From positions 29,264,001-29,328,000 of the forward strand of contig JANJGN010000026.1 of NCBI GenBank assembly GCA_026770705.1: 64,000 bases of DNA. Reading direction: 5' to 3'. Shown piece after piece: positions 61,556-64,000 of this stretch. This DNA is from Isurus oxyrinchus (lineage: Eukaryota). Numbering within the stretch: the stretch's first letter is position 1; each line of letters begins with the position of its first letter. The notes beneath the pieces are model-generated. The model saw only the letters and a list, made by a program, of their open reading frames with translations. It was not told the DNA's origin and made no database searches. A program made the translations under genes and the position numbers.

Positions 61556-61946
61556 GGCTCCAGTGGGTAGAGAAAGGCCAATCTCCTTTTGCAACTTTTA
61601 AACCAACTGTTATTCTCTGTACCATTTACCATGAAGGTACATGATGAAAGTGAATAAAGTTTGCGATGGCATAAATGGGTTTACCCCCTCAGGGAACTGA
61701 ATCACATTGACACACGGCGAGGAACACACACAGACACAGCAACCGATAGTGACAGAGGCGTAAGGAGAGGCAAACATCCAGAAAGAATGGATATCACCAA
61801 ATTGTCTCTGCTTTTGTTACACTTCCGGCTGCAAATTTGGTGAATGCTTGCGGTTGAATGGAAATTAAAAAGACAGAGAAACCCTTGAAGGATTTTGAGT
61901 CAATGTAATTGATAATTAGTTCTGAAAATCAAGAGCAGTGAGAAAT

Positions 61947-62027
61947 TCAGTCTGGTAGGATTTAAACTTGTATCAGGAAACTCCAGAAGATTTCAAGCCA
62001 ATACCTTAACCACTCAGCCCTGTACAC
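61947..62027 (-). pseudogene. tRNA-Ser(TGA) pseudogene
   Basis: GGCTGAGTGGTTAAGG...CTTGAAATC..TGGAGTTTCC...AAGTTTAAATCCTACC aligns to class II tRNA-Ser-TGA; degenerate B box. Confidence 0.65.
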
Positions 62028-62219
62028 AAGGACCAGGCTCATGGTCTGTACGTGAAATCATACAATGGTTCAACAGAGAATGAAGGCAGACAAGTCGACC
62101 TATTCCTGCCTGCCCTGTGTCTCCTCGATCTTTCCGTCAGAATAGAGCACTGCACACGTCCTGAGTGCACACTGAAGGATTTGGCTAAATTGACTGAAAA
62201 GGTGAATCTTCTAAAAACT

Positions 62220-62301
62220 TGGCAGTGGTGGGATTCGAACCCACGCCTCCATAGAGACTGGAGCCTAAATCCAGCGCCTTAGACCGCTCGGCCACACTAC
62301 C
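62220..62301 (-). tRNA. tRNA-Leu(TAG), intact
   Basis: GGTAGTGTGGCCGAGCGGTCTAAGGCGCTGGATTTAGGCTCCAGTCTCTATGGAGGCGTGGGTTCGAATCCCACCACTGCCA: 82 nt, full cloverleaf with variable arm, A/B boxes, and a T5 Pol III terminator right after. Confidence 0.97.
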
Positions 62302-63293
62302 ACAACAAAATACAAAAATGCCATTGCCTTGACTGAAATGAAAAAAAAATACAGACAGAATCAATTTCCTCTTTCCAACCTACTTTTTCTTTCTGAAACT
62401 TTTTAATATGAAGGTGCACAACTAAGGCGAATAAAGTTTTGGTTGGTAAAAATATGTCCATCCCCTCGCGGAACTGAACCACATTGATATATTCCAGATC
62501 CGAACCACTCACTTTGCAAAACAGAAGCCCCTTTAAAATTATAACCATTATTTTGTTTCCTCTCCTCTCCGAACAAAATGAACCACTTCACAAGTCCTTA
62601 CATTAAATTTCAGCTGCCACTTGTCCGTCCAAATGGATTTGTTGAAGAGCCCGAAAGGAGAACCGACTCAACCTGCGAATGAATGAGTGAGAATGAAGGA
62701 AGAGAAGTGACGGGTTTTGTAGATCCCGGGAGAAAGAGATTCCAGGATCAGTTCATTGTGACAGTTCACACAGCAACAAGGAAACAACATTCCCTGATGA
62801 GGGCCAAAGCTGGGCGGCAGGAATGGGAGCGCCGCATAACAGCGTGTTTAGTTAAAACACGGAAGACTTGTTCACCTAATAACTGCATCGAGTGTGTTCG
62901 ACATGAACATGAAGTGAACACTGAGGGGAAATTGTGCCACAAGCTGCGGATGTACAACTTTCAATTTCCAAAACCAACCAACAGAATCAATGCGTCTCCC
63001 CTGAAACTTCCAAGGCAAATATTGATGCTTTATAAGGTGCCGTCCCCAGAACTATCCACAGTCCTTCAGATGTGATCTAACCAGGGCTTTGCAACAAACC
63101 TTTCCCTCTTTTCTATAACAGCCTGTGTCACAGGGTGCAGAGCAAGGGGAATTAGATTGTATAGATCGACTGAGAAAACTGAGGACATGCTTGATCTCAA
63201 TAAACTTACTTTGAAAGTTTGGTATGAAATCAGCTCCATAAATGCAATTTTTGTTTCAAAAACTATATGAGAATCTCGAGTCCAACTCTTGAT

Positions 63294-63415
63294 ACTCTTT
63301 TGAGCACAAACCCGTTTCCATCTGTTTCAGATGAAGTTGCATTGTTTCATAGTTTGCCATTGTGAGATTTGAACTCTCAATCTTGGGGTTACAAACCCAG
63401 TACCATAACCACTTG
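63294..63415 (-). mobile_element. Short tRNA-derived SINE with 14-bp TSD
   Basis: GTCCAACTCTTGAT at 63280-63293 and 63416-63429; tRNA-like head with TTGTAA loop; second copy at 49644. Confidence 0.85.
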
Positions 63416-63781
63416 GTCCAACTCTTGATGTTATTGACTCAGGGAAACTTTGTTAATGATCACACAGTGCGCATGGGCACTGCAGAAACTCCTGCACCTC
63501 TTTCAATATTGTTTCTCTTCAATCAGAGTTTTCAAAAGCGAATTTGATTATGACTTGAGAGGGGGAAAATCAAAGTTATGGAAAGATATCATAGACACGA
63601 TGGGCCGAATTGTCTCCTAAAACACTCTGTCATTTTATTATGACATTGTTGGATCGTGTCTCCAGCATTCCTATTTTTAGCAGCTGAATTTCATTTCTTC
63701 AAATCAAAGATCCGAAGTGCCGCTGCATGACTGCACAGGCTAACATTGTGGGCAGGTCCATTAAAAGTTTAACTGCGCATT

Positions 63782-63854
63782 GTTTCTGCAGTGTAGTGGT
63801 TATTACATTTGTCTAACACTCCCCAGGTTCCTGGTTCGAAACTCGGCAAAAATA
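63782..63854 (+). pseudogene. tRNA-Val(AAC) pseudogene
   Basis: GTTTCTGCAGTGTAGTGGTTATTACATTTGTCTAACAC...GGTTCGAAACTC aligns to tRNA-Val-AAC; acceptor and anticodon stems mismatched. Confidence 0.75.
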
Positions 63855-64000
63855 AAGACATTGTCAACCATATTTTTGCTTTGTTACGTGTGAAGGGAAG
63901 TCCACTAATTCACTTGTTTTATGAAAGACAGCAACATACAGCCACGTGACTCCTCTTGTCCAGGAGAAGAGCATCCAACAAAATAAAAACAGCCGCCATT

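Noticed and set aside
62790-62830. CTGATGAG inside a hairpin as a hammerhead ribozyme
   Set aside because: No properly placed GAAA/stem II; not associated with a Penelope tail.

Overview
Vertebrate genomic DNA from a cartilaginous fish (shark-type IgM cluster organisation and repeat families), not microbial. The first ~16 kb is an array of T-cell-receptor alpha/delta-type V segments in mixed orientation: one apparently intact gene (11019-10169, minus), four clear pseudogenes and several faint relics. Some carry RSS-proximal CTCF motifs; others share a conserved RUNX/ETS-like block. The span ~19-39 kb is a 54-bp (2x27) minisatellite array broken up by CR1 LINEs and Penelope-like elements, including a young 5'-truncated RT+GIY-YIG copy with a 10-bp TSD and minimal hammerhead-ribozyme motifs. 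43.8-56.2 kb is a complete but disabled IgM heavy-chain cluster (L-VH-D-JH-CH1-4-sec-TM1-TM2). Its single D looks like a germline-joined D1-D2, and its lesions are confined to leader/VH/CH2/CH3. The last 4 kb holds one intact tRNA-Leu(TAG) among four decayed tRNA genes. All calls are by manual reading and translation; no database searches were run.
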